DNA of 43,744 nucleotides, taken from the NCBI GenBank assembly GCA_964591665.1, contig CAZQCV010000002.1, positions 1 through 43,744 of the forward strand, written 5' to 3'. The stretch comes from an uncultured Candidatus Saccharibacteria bacterium. GTDB taxonomy: Bacteria; Patescibacteriota; Minisyncoccia; Phycocordibacterales; UBA9973. Shown here one piece after another: positions 8,781-17,103 of the stretch (its first letter is position 1; each line of letters starts with the position of its first letter). A program made the translations under genes and the position numbers. Under the pieces are notes generated by a model. The model ran no database searches. It saw only the letters and a program-made list of their open reading frames with translations, and was not told the DNA's origin.

Positions 8781-10709
8781 CTACTGTACCACTTTTTCGT
8801 TTGTTGGGCTATAGTTTTGATCGTTGTAGAGTTTTGTGGTGAGCTGATTCCATTTTGCTTCGAGTTTTGCCGTTGTTGCAGAATCAGTACCTTTTGCTCT
8901 GATTTCTTGTACAAGCACAGGGCTCGTACCAATATCTGAAACAGAAGGAAGGAGTTCTACTTGGAAATACAAAGTCTTCGGAGTCACACCATATCCTGCA
9001 CCACGAGCCACATCACCTGCTTTCCAGACTATCTCACCAGTCCGACTGTCTTGAGTCACATCTGAGTTTGCAGGAGAAAATGTTCCAAGATATTTTACAT
9101 TGATAGGCAATGCTGCACGAACTTCTGTCCCAGAGACTAGATTTGCGGTATTTGTAAGTGTCCACTTAATTGTATACGTAGTTTTTTGATTTGCACGAGG
9201 TGGCAACGGACCAGTATTAGTGAAAGGACCGTTGAAATACGAAGCAGCACCTGTAATCTGGAAATCAGTTGAGAAACGAATTTTTTTGGTATCAGAACTT
9301 GCTGTTTGCTGGAGACCACCACCATCGATAGGAACTTTTGCTGTAATACTTACATCAAGTCCAACTTCAGGTGCACTATTTACTACCGTTCCCTGACTAT
9401 AGAGACCCTTGGTAGCAAAACTAAAACCAAAGGTTCCTGTTTTGCTCGGATCCACCGCTGCGAGTTCTCTATTAGTATTTTTATTCCAGGTTATAGTATT
9501 TTCAGAAGAATTATAATACCCTCCAAAGGCTTGTACTGTTCCTTGATCAATCAACTGGCCCCCGAGTTTGAGTACAATCTCCATATCAGACACTGAGGTT
9601 GAAAGATTATTTGTCCACACAACTTGACCTTGCACGGTTGATTTTGCTTGAGTAACTATTTCTTTTGCAGCACTACCATTAACCAGTAGTCGAGCATCAA
9701 CAGCTGGTCGATCTATTTGCGCAGTGACAAGTTTTGACGCATAGACTGCACCTATGGTTTGAGGGTTATCTTTCGCAGGTTCACCAACATACGCACGAAT
9801 AGTTCTATCTTCACCATCTTCGGCGTTCATAATTCCAGATATTTCTATAGTCTTTGGCTTTCCTGGCTCAATATTCCCTAACGACCATGTATTTTGGAAC
9901 AAGGTAGGTTTCGGATTTGCATCTTTGAATTCAAATCCAACTGGATAATCAACTTTAAGAATCATATTAGGAACCGTTTTCGTAGTATTCGCGGCAACGG
10001 TAATACGAGACTTGTAGGCTTGACCAGAGGCGGTTGTGGTAGGCGCTTCGAGTGTAAGCACAAGTGGCGCAGAACTAATCTTTACAGGGAAAATACGATC
10101 CTTGCGAAACGACACAGTCGAACCAGATACACGGTACTCAAGTGTTAATTTAATTTGCTTCATGCTACCTTCTTCACCGACAAGCATCAATGATAATTTT
10201 TGACGAGCAACTTTTCCAGGGGCTACCGTACCAACAGAGAGACGAGATTTTACAAGATCACTTGGTGCACCAATATCTGCACCTGTTTTAGGATATTCGA
10301 TAATGAGGTCTGCGAGTTCAAGTGGAACAGCGTTTTGGTTTGCTATCTCGACTTCAAGAGGTAGTTCTTCGCCACCTGGTGTAAATGAGTTACCGCGGAC
10401 ATTGATACTTATGTTGTCACTAGAAACCTGATTATTACCCTTGAAGAACGTCCACCCAACAAAACCGAGCGCAATCAAAAAGAAACACACTGCAACAATA
10501 AAAAAGGTTTTGAAAAAATTCCTCGGTGGTGGTGCATCAGTCCCTGAAGTTTCTGGTGCTTGTGGTACACTTTTCCAAAGCTCTTCTACGGTATATCTAT
10601 TTGAATGCAAAACACCTTGTCGTGGACCAGTGACCTTTGCCGTACGACTATATAACTTTTTATTTAAAGAATCGAGACGATTTGGAACGTCATCTTGTGG
10701 TTCTATCAT
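8781..10709 (-). CDS. Bitopic membrane protein with a large beta-rich, repeated Ig-like ectodomain, unknown function
   Basis: The 642-aa ORF has a cytoplasmic N-terminus and a TM helix (FFKTFFIVAVCFFLIALGFVGWTFF). About 550 aa of repeated beta-strand-like segments follow (WSLGNIEPGKPKTIEISG, YTIKWTLTNTANLVSGTEV). Confidence 0.75.
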   Translation of the reverse strand: MIEPQDDVPNRLDSLNKKLYSRTAKVTGPRQGVLHSNRYTVEELWKSVPQAPETSGTDAPPPRNFFKTFFIVAVCFFLIALGFVGWTFFKGNNQVSSDNISINVRGNSFTPGGEELPLEVEIANQNAVPLELADLIIEYPKTGADIGAPSDLVKSRLSVGTVAPGKVARQKLSLMLVGEEGSMKQIKLTLEYRVSGSTVSFRKDRIFPVKISSAPLVLTLEAPTTTASGQAYKSRITVAANTTKTVPNMILKVDYPVGFEFKDANPKPTLFQNTWSLGNIEPGKPKTIEISGIMNAEDGEDRTIRAYVGEPAKDNPQTIGAVYASKLVTAQIDRPAVDARLLVNGSAAKEIVTQAKSTVQGQVVWTNNLSTSVSDMEIVLKLGGQLIDQGTVQAFGGYYNSSENTITWNKNTNRELAAVDPSKTGTFGFSFATKGLYSQGTVVNSAPEVGLDVSITAKVPIDGGGLQQTASSDTKKIRFSTDFQITGAASYFNGPFTNTGPLPPRANQKTTYTIKWTLTNTANLVSGTEVRAALPINVKYLGTFSPANSDVTQDSRTGEIVWKAGDVARGAGYGVTPKTLYFQVELLPSVSDIGTSPVLVQEIRAKGTDSATTAKLEAKWNQLTTKLYNDQNYSPTNEKVVQ

Positions 10710-10715
10710 GTTCTT

Positions 10716-10721
10716 AGTATA
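10716..10721 (-). promoter_or_regulatory. -10 hexamer TATACT placed 6 nt upstream of the ATG (leaderless-type)
   Basis: The minus strand reads cggTATACT aagaac ATG. The ATG is at 10707-10709. Confidence 0.4.
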
Positions 10722-10744
10722 CCGAAAAAATACAAAATAATAAA

Positions 10745-10772
10745 CAAAGTCATCTTGCTAGAGATGACTTTG
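10745..10772 (-). terminator. Hairpin plus T-rich tract at the recO stop codon (possible terminator)
   Basis: caaagtcatct and agatgactttg form an 11-bp stem around the recO stop. On the minus strand this is followed by tttattattttgtatttttt. Confidence 0.45.
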
Positions 10773-11333
10773 TCGGAACGCACGGTTTATATCTTGTATA
10801 TATTGAGCACTATGGAATTCTTTTGATGTTATATGCTCCATGATCGCTTCATGTGTCAGTGCAAAATTATCTCGTCGTGTGGTATACCCAAGATACGAGA
10901 GAAGACTGTGCATAAAATAAATTTCTGCTCGATGCAGATACGGTTGCGCTTCTGACGTCGAGACAAAACTACAAAATGTCTGTACAGTTCCCCATAGTTC
11001 TTCATCTGGTTCATCTTTCGGTGCCATGCGTTTCATTACAAGTACAAACCGAGACCAGAGACGTCGTCCAGATTGTGTACGTAGTAACTGTTGAAACCCA
11101 TTTTCTGGAATCGCAGATGTTACCTGCCACATGTCTTTTGCTTTTATAAGATCAAGCATAATGTGTGAGCCAATCTGAAGTGCATAGCGAAGTTTTGATT
11201 GATGCGCACGTACACCATGAGCAACTGCATAGAGCAGTCCGAGTTCTTTCGTCAATACAAAATACACCATATCGGTCTCTTTGGATGTGGTTGCGTCAAC
11301 AACAATCGCTTCCGTGTGATAGATATGGTGCAT
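10758..11333 (-). CDS. recO: RecO-like DNA repair protein
   Basis: The N-terminal OB-fold pattern is HTEAIVVDATTSKETDMVYFVLTKELGLLYAVAHGVRAHQSKLRYALQ. The 191-aa length fits compact RecO proteins. The start lies 5 nt after the ileS stop. Confidence 0.6.
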   Translation of the reverse strand: MHHIYHTEAIVVDATTSKETDMVYFVLTKELGLLYAVAHGVRAHQSKLRYALQIGSHIMLDLIKAKDMWQVTSAIPENGFQQLLRTQSGRRLWSRFVLVMKRMAPKDEPDEELWGTVQTFCSFVSTSEAQPYLHRAEIYFMHSLLSYLGYTTRRDNFALTHEAIMEHITSKEFHSAQYIQDINRAFRQSHL

Positions 11334-11338
11334 ACGTA

Positions 11339-14300
11339 TTACGCAATTTTACTAATAGCAATTTTGAAAGTCAGGTCATCGAATACTATTTCAGATGCAT
11401 CAACTGTTTCATAGATAATCTCCGTAGCGCCAACGGTTTTCATAATATCTGATTTAAAATCTTCAACGATAGATTTACCAGAGTCCGTAGTTTCTACGGT
11501 AAGCTGTATTCGATCATCTGGAGAAAAACCACTGGTTTTCCGCAAATCTTGGATCGCGCGTATAAGTTCACGCATAACACCTTCTCGTTTGAGTTCTGGA
11601 GTAATAGCTGTATCAAGTTTTACACTTATCGCAATGTCATTTTCATAGTAAGCGGTAAACTCCACTTCTTTTACATTGAGTTCATCTTTCAATATTTCTA
11701 CATATAGTACGTTTAGAGGAGCGGCTTTTACTTCGATTTTCCCAAGTGGTTGTCTAACTTTTATATTTGCTTTCTGCCGTGATTCTAGACCAAGAGTCAC
11801 TATGTTACGGATTTTTTGCATATCTTCAAGAACAGAAATATCTACATCTTTTGAATTTTCTGGCCAATCGGTCAAATGCACGCTTTCTGCTTCGCTAGAA
11901 ATTTTTAGTTTTTGCCAGATCTCTTCTGCAATAAATGGTGTAAATGGAGCAAGTACTCGCGCAGTAGTCTTGATCACATAGTATAATGTTTGTTTTGCTT
12001 CTTTATCACCATCTTTGATTCGATCACGTGAACGTCTAAGATACCATGTCGAAATATCATCAACAAAAAGATCAAGTGGTCGAAGTGCTTTGTCGAGTTC
12101 GTATGACTCCATACCATTCGTTACCTGTTCGATGACTTGATTGAGTCTCGCGACGATCCACTGGTCGAGTACATGCATAGATGGACTTACCGTATTTTCT
12201 TCAAGTGAAACATCTCTGTATAGCTCGTAAAACGAAAGTACATTCTCAAGTCTACCGAGAACTTTACTTGCAACCTGTGCAATATCTTTTTCTGAAAGAC
12301 GAAGTTCTTCTGCCTGTACCACCTGACTACCGAGTAGATAATATCTGAGCGCATCTGCTCCATGCTTGTTCACAACCTCCATAAGATCAGGATAATTCTT
12401 GAGACGTTTTGACATTTTCTGTCCATCTTCTGCAAGAATAAGTCCGTTCACAATAACACGTCTATAGGGAGACTGATCAAAGAGCGCAACACCAAGTACC
12501 ATGAGCGAATAAAACCATCCACGTGTCTGATCGAGCCCTTCGGCAATAAAATCAGCAGGATACCGTTGTCTAAAGAGTTTTCCTTCAGGAGTAGTATCGT
12601 CACCCATGTAATGTAGTGACGCAAATGGCATGGACCCTGACTCGAACCAACAGTCAAAGACTTCCGGCACACGAATCATTGGTAGACCTGAATCATCAAC
12701 AAGCACAACGGTATCGATGTATGGACGATGAAGATCAAGTTCGAAGGTACTATTGTGTGGCAATGGAACAAACGAAAGTTCACGCACAGTAGCGTTGCCC
12801 ACAAAGTCTTGTTGATAATTACCATTGTTTGCACCGTATCTAATTCGTATGGTTTCTTCCATATCAGCACCAACAGCAACAGACTGCATCATCCAGAGCG
12901 ATGCACCATGTCCGACGAATAGGATTTTTTCATTCGTGTATGTTTTTTCAACTTCATAAAGACAAGCACCAACACGAGCTTTTACTTCAGCAAGGGTCTC
13001 ACCGCCTTCTGGTCGATGAACAAATCTTTTCCGCTGATCGATAGCACCAGATGCATCATGGAACATCTCAAAATATTCACCCCATGTTCTACCTTCATAG
13101 ATACCAGCATTGATATCAATAAGTCGTTCATCATACACAATAGCGTCTTCAGTGAGACCTAACGTCTCTCGAACAATTTCGGCAGTTTGCTTTGTACGCA
13201 AAAAAGGAGAGGCAATAATTTTGGTTATACCTTTATCTTTGAGATTTACCGCAGACTCTTTAACTTGTTCAACTCCTTTTTCTGTAAGCGGTGTAACTGA
13301 ACCATGTTGATAACTGACGACACCAGCCACATTGCTTTCTGCCTCGCCGTGACGAATCATAAAATACGTATTGTTCGAAGTACGAGTATGTTTCTTTAGA
13401 GTATCCAGACTATTAATAACCACATATTCGCCATTTTGTTTTTTCCAGACAGGTATAGGTGCACCCCAGTATCGTGATCGAGAGATAGCCCAATCACGTG
13501 CACCTTCAAGCCATTTACCAAAACGACCTTCTTGTAAGTGATCAGGAATCCAAGTAACAGTTTTATTGGCTTCAATCAATTTGTCTTTGAGTGCAGTTAC
13601 TTTTACAAACCAAGAACTCGATGCATAATTAAGCAGCGGTGTATCACAACGCCAACAGTGTGGATATGAGTGGGTAATCTTCTGTTTCTCAAAAAGATGA
13701 TGATTATGTGCAAGGTATTTTATGACTTCAATATCACTTGCTTGGTGATTGTCTTTTGGCTTGGCAGGGAGACCAGCGAAGTGTGTTACTTCTGGTGCAA
13801 ACCTTCCATCGGTGCCTACGTGTTTTATAAGCGGAAGTCCGACTTGATCGGCAAGCTCCTTGTCTTCTGCACCAAACGCGGGAGCTTCGTGTGCGATACC
13901 AGTACCAGCATCTGTAGTGACAAAATCTGCATGATAAATCTTCCAAGCATTTTCTTTGTGGGCAATATCAACATGTTGATAGTAATCAAACGGTGGTGTA
14001 TATGATTTCCCAACAAAGGTACTTCCAAGTGCTTCGCGCAAAACGGTATATGTTTTACCCTGTAAGACGTTCGCAACGAGATCCTTTGCTATAACATATT
14101 GTGACTTTTCATCACCTTCAATTTGAACATACACATAAAGAGCATCTTTGTTGAGCGCGAGTGCAACGTTCCCTGGTAATGTCCATGGTGTTGTGGTCCA
14201 TGCAACCATATATGTACCTGGTTCGTCTTTAAGTTCAAATTTTACAAACACCGAAATATCAACAATATCTTTATACCCCTGACTTACTTCAAAGTTTGAA

Positions 14301-14860
14301 AGTGTGGTCTCACATCGAGGACAAAGGTGCATTATTTTGTATCCTTCATACAGTAATCCTTTTTTGTGAAGTTCTGCAAAAGACCACCAAATGGATTCGG
14401 TATAGGTTGCATCCATGGTTTTATAATCATGATCCATGTCCACAAAACGTCCCACACGAGGTACAATATCTTTCCACTCTGAAGCATATTCAAGTACGCT
14501 ACATTGTGCTTCGGTATTAAACCGATCGATACCATAGGTTTCAATATCTTTTTTGGTTTCAAGATTCAACTTCTTTTCAATAAGATTTTCAACAGGCAAT
14601 CCATGGCAATCCCAGCCCCACATACGCGGAACATACTTCCCTCGCATAGTCTGATACCTTGGTATTGCATCTTTTATGGTTCCAGCAAGAATATGTCCAT
14701 AATGAGGAAGTCCGGTACCAAACGGTGGACCATCATAAAACACATACGGGTCTCGACTCGTATCTAAGGTTTTTTCAAAAATAGCGTGCTCTTTCCAAAA
14801 CTGTTCTATATTTTGCTCTCTGAGAGCTCGTTCACTTATGTAATGAGATTGTTCTTGCAT
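11339..14860 (-). CDS. ileS: Isoleucine--tRNA ligase with an embedded histidine-phosphatase domain
   Basis: The sequence contains HYGH (HIGH), KMSKR (KMSKS), the CP1 editing motif TTTPWTLPGN, CPRC/CWRC, DWAISRSRYWGAPIPVW and FDCWFESGSMPF. The start is set to ATG 14858-14860 (MQEQSHYISERALREQNIEQFWKEH) because the 87 nt upstream in the track ORF are the T-box switch. Residues about 492-706 of this product are a PGAM-type phosphatase (see findings). Confidence 0.93.
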   Translation of the reverse strand: MQEQSHYISERALREQNIEQFWKEHAIFEKTLDTSRDPYVFYDGPPFGTGLPHYGHILAGTIKDAIPRYQTMRGKYVPRMWGWDCHGLPVENLIEKKLNLETKKDIETYGIDRFNTEAQCSVLEYASEWKDIVPRVGRFVDMDHDYKTMDATYTESIWWSFAELHKKGLLYEGYKIMHLCPRCETTLSNFEVSQGYKDIVDISVFVKFELKDEPGTYMVAWTTTPWTLPGNVALALNKDALYVYVQIEGDEKSQYVIAKDLVANVLQGKTYTVLREALGSTFVGKSYTPPFDYYQHVDIAHKENAWKIYHADFVTTDAGTGIAHEAPAFGAEDKELADQVGLPLIKHVGTDGRFAPEVTHFAGLPAKPKDNHQASDIEVIKYLAHNHHLFEKQKITHSYPHCWRCDTPLLNYASSSWFVKVTALKDKLIEANKTVTWIPDHLQEGRFGKWLEGARDWAISRSRYWGAPIPVWKKQNGEYVVINSLDTLKKHTRTSNNTYFMIRHGEAESNVAGVVSYQHGSVTPLTEKGVEQVKESAVNLKDKGITKIIASPFLRTKQTAEIVRETLGLTEDAIVYDERLIDINAGIYEGRTWGEYFEMFHDASGAIDQRKRFVHRPEGGETLAEVKARVGACLYEVEKTYTNEKILFVGHGASLWMMQSVAVGADMEETIRIRYGANNGNYQQDFVGNATVRELSFVPLPHNSTFELDLHRPYIDTVVLVDDSGLPMIRVPEVFDCWFESGSMPFASLHYMGDDTTPEGKLFRQRYPADFIAEGLDQTRGWFYSLMVLGVALFDQSPYRRVIVNGLILAEDGQKMSKRLKNYPDLMEVVNKHGADALRYYLLGSQVVQAEELRLSEKDIAQVASKVLGRLENVLSFYELYRDVSLEENTVSPSMHVLDQWIVARLNQVIEQVTNGMESYELDKALRPLDLFVDDISTWYLRRSRDRIKDGDKEAKQTLYYVIKTTARVLAPFTPFIAEEIWQKLKISSEAESVHLTDWPENSKDVDISVLEDMQKIRNIVTLGLESRQKANIKVRQPLGKIEVKAAPLNVLYVEILKDELNVKEVEFTAYYENDIAISVKLDTAITPELKREGVMRELIRAIQDLRKTSGFSPDDRIQLTVETTDSGKSIVEDFKSDIMKTVGATEIIYETVDASEIVFDDLTFKIAISKIA

Positions 14861-15117
14861 AATATCTTTTGTGTTTTGTGCACAGAAAAACTCGTCCACG
14901 CACAACAAGTTATTGTTATACAAGGACGAGTTTCCCCGCGGTACCACCTTGATTATCCATTACTGGATCAGCTTATAGAATGGGCTCTACTTAGAAATAA
15001 GATATATTTCATTTCTTCCCGAGGCTTCGAGGTGATTAGTCTCATCAACGCCTATATGACTAGCATAGCATTTTATGAGCCTTTTGCAATCATTTGCTTT
15101 ACTTATAGAATAAAGTA
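14861..15117 (-). promoter_or_regulatory. T-box riboswitch leader (tRNA-sensing transcription attenuator) of ileS
   Basis: The minus strand reads AAUCAAGGUGGUACCGCGGGG at 14934-14954, which matches the conserved T-box GGUGGUACCGCG. The antiterminator is CAAGG (14947-14951) paired with CCUUG (14921-14925), with a 7-nt UGGUACC bulge. A competing terminator lies immediately downstream. A GAUGAG K-turn-like string sits at 15041-15046. Confidence 0.85.
14886..14933 (-). terminator. T-box terminator hairpin
   Basis: In the RNA, AAACUCGUCC (14924-14933) pairs with GGACGAGUUU (14888-14897), followed by a U-run. The 5' arm overlaps the 3' strand of the antiterminator, so the two structures are mutually exclusive. 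Confidence 0.8.
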
Positions 15118-15123
15118 TCACAT

Positions 15124-15152
15124 ACTATAGAGACTAGTTACTAGATAACGAA
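15124..15152 (-). promoter_or_regulatory. Possible promoter of the ileS leader (TTCGTT-17 nt-TATAGT)
   Basis: On the minus strand, TATAGT lies at 15124-15129 with a weak -35 TTCGTT at 15147-15152. Confidence 0.3.
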
Positions 15153-15160
15153 CTATATAT

Positions 15161-15328
15161 ATGGACACACCACATGATCAGTCAACAGAGGAGAAAGTTT
15201 CCGAAGTTATTGAAACAATCAAAGATATCGCAACAGGAGAAGGTTCAGTGATGGATATACTTGCAGATGAGACTAAGAATCTTGCAGATAAAACAGTAGC
15301 TCCTCTTACAGAAGAACATGACTTATAA
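15161..15328 (+). CDS. Possible small acidic protein (55 aa), below the ORF-track size cutoff
   Basis: The ATG at 15161 opens MDTPHDQSTEEKVSEVIETIKDIATGEGSVMDILADETKNLADKTVAPLTEEHDL, ending at TAA 15326-15328. The stop runs directly into a terminator hairpin. There is no clear promoter or RBS. Confidence 0.3.
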   Translation: MDTPHDQSTEEKVSEVIETIKDIATGEGSVMDILADETKNLADKTVAPLTEEHDL

Positions 15329-15354
15329 AAACACTCGTCTACGCGAGTGTTTTT
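15327..15354. terminator. Bidirectional terminator between the small ORF (+) and argS (-)
   Basis: There is an 11-bp stem, aaaaacactcg (15327-15337) with cgagtgttttt (15344-15354), flanked by an A-tract and a T-tract. Confidence 0.7.
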
Positions 15355-15358
15355 ATAT

Positions 15359-17083
15359 TTACATCTTTTCTGGAATTTGTATTGCCAAGAGGTTGAGTCC
15401 ATTCTGCATAGTCTGATGGAAAGCCTGCACAATAGCGAGACGATGTTCGGTTTCTGTTTTATCAGTAGCGACAATAACCTGCTCAGATGCATAGTATTGG
15501 TTGAATAATCCAGCAAGTTCAGAAAGATAGGTCACAATATGATGTGGCTCGTAATCCTGAAGGGATCGTACTACAACCTCTGGGAATCGATAGAGGTAAC
15601 GTTCGAGCGCTGATGGTGTGATCGTTTCGTGCACTGTTGGAGTAAATCCTAAACCTTTTGCTTTTGAAAGGATAGTCGCTGCACGAACAGCTGCATATTG
15701 TAGATACGGACCAGAGTCACCTTCGAATGAAATAGACTTTTCAAAATCATAGACGATATCACTTCCGAGCGATGAACGAAGAATAGAATATTTAAGTGCA
15801 GCGATACCAACAATTTGTGCGATATGTTCTTTATCATCTGCAGAAAATTCACGATCTTTTATTTTTTCACGGACAACATCACACGAGTCTTCTATGAGTG
15901 ACTCACCTGTTACGACGTTTCCTTTTCGTGAAGACATCTTGCCACTTGCGAGTCGCATCATACCGTGCGTGACGTGCTTCATCCGTGTTGCATATTCGGG
16001 TTGTATTTGTTCAATCGCTTTTGTAACGACCTTCATATACTCTTTTTGCTCTACTGCGGTCGTCGTAATAGAAATATCTGGATTCTCTTTTTCAAACTTC
16101 GTCATCGTGAGACCAATTTCTTTTGTCTCGTACATCGGAAGTCCAAGGGAGCTTATGAACACACGAGTGTGAAGTTTCGGATCATATTTTTCTGCATGAA
16201 AGACAATCGCTCCATCTGATTCTTCAAATACGTTCGGTACATTATCCTGAACAATCTTTGTACCAACCGGAGCCATCTGACTCTCAAAAAAGTAATGGTT
16301 AAAAGACGTTCCAAGTTTTTTATAAATTATTTCAAATGCTTCAAGTGTAATAGCACGACCCCAGTCATAGAGCGCATTGATAGCTTCATCACTTCTGTCA
16401 TAAATTTTTCTATTAAGCGCATCTACTTCATCTTTTGTATTTTTTTCATCTTCATATAAACCTGATGCATATGAATAGCATTCACCGATATATTGCGCCT
16501 GAGCGCTGACATCGAGAGATTCATTTGGTTTACCTCGCTGCAAAATTCCCCAGATCGCCTTTGCAACATGTAGCCCAACATCACCCTGATAGTTTGCACG
16601 GATAGTGTTTGCACCAGAGAATTCTACAAGTCGAGAAACAGCTTCACCGATCGAGTTGCTCATCAAGTGCCCAATATGAAACGGCTTGAACGGATTCGGC
16701 TGTGTGTATTCAACCATAACCTTTTTATCAGCAAGTACGGTATTTGCACCCCAGCGTTGTTCTTGTGCAAGAATAGTTTTGAGTGATTCAGTATAAAAAG
16801 CAGGTGCAAGTGTAATATTTATAAATCCTGGACCAGCGACAGAGATGTCTGCAATAAGTGAATTATCTTTCTGTTTTAGATTCTGAATAATTGATTCTGC
16901 TAAAACCTTCGGATTTTTGCCTAGTTGCTTTGCATATGAGAGTGCAACATTCGTTGCGTAATCACCATGAGACAGTTCCGTCGGATGTTCGAGAATAACC
17001 TTTGGCGCATTAACACCTAGCTCTTTCAGAATCTCTTCTATTTCTTTTTGTAGCGTCTCACGAATCATGGGTTTATAGTACAC
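15359..17083 (-). CDS. argS: Arginine--tRNA ligase
   Basis: The sequence contains PNPFKPFHIGHLMSN (HIGH), GKMSSRKGN (KMSKS-like) and a C-terminal DALR-type anticodon-binding region. The true start may be the MIRETL methionine at 17068. Confidence 0.93.
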   Translation of the reverse strand: MYYKPMIRETLQKEIEEILKELGVNAPKVILEHPTELSHGDYATNVALSYAKQLGKNPKVLAESIIQNLKQKDNSLIADISVAGPGFINITLAPAFYTESLKTILAQEQRWGANTVLADKKVMVEYTQPNPFKPFHIGHLMSNSIGEAVSRLVEFSGANTIRANYQGDVGLHVAKAIWGILQRGKPNESLDVSAQAQYIGECYSYASGLYEDEKNTKDEVDALNRKIYDRSDEAINALYDWGRAITLEAFEIIYKKLGTSFNHYFFESQMAPVGTKIVQDNVPNVFEESDGAIVFHAEKYDPKLHTRVFISSLGLPMYETKEIGLTMTKFEKENPDISITTTAVEQKEYMKVVTKAIEQIQPEYATRMKHVTHGMMRLASGKMSSRKGNVVTGESLIEDSCDVVREKIKDREFSADDKEHIAQIVGIAALKYSILRSSLGSDIVYDFEKSISFEGDSGPYLQYAAVRAATILSKAKGLGFTPTVHETITPSALERYLYRFPEVVVRSLQDYEPHHIVTYLSELAGLFNQYYASEQVIVATDKTETEHRLAIVQAFHQTMQNGLNLLAIQIPEKM

Positions 17084-17103
17084 AAATTAGTGCTTTTGGG
17101 CAA

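Noticed and set aside
12743-13387. The ileS insertion as an intein or other mobile insertion
   Set aside because: There is no Cys/Ser/Thr at an N-extein junction followed by a terminal His-Asn-Cys/Ser/Thr. There are no homing-endonuclease motifs and no flanking repeats. The insert reads as a metabolic phosphatase fold.
14861-14947. N-terminal 29-codon extension of ileS in the ORF track (MVPRGNSSLYNNNLLCVDEFFCAQNTKDI)
   Set aside because: This stretch is the T-box core, antiterminator and terminator. The conserved IleRS N-terminus begins at the internal MQEQSHY... methionine.
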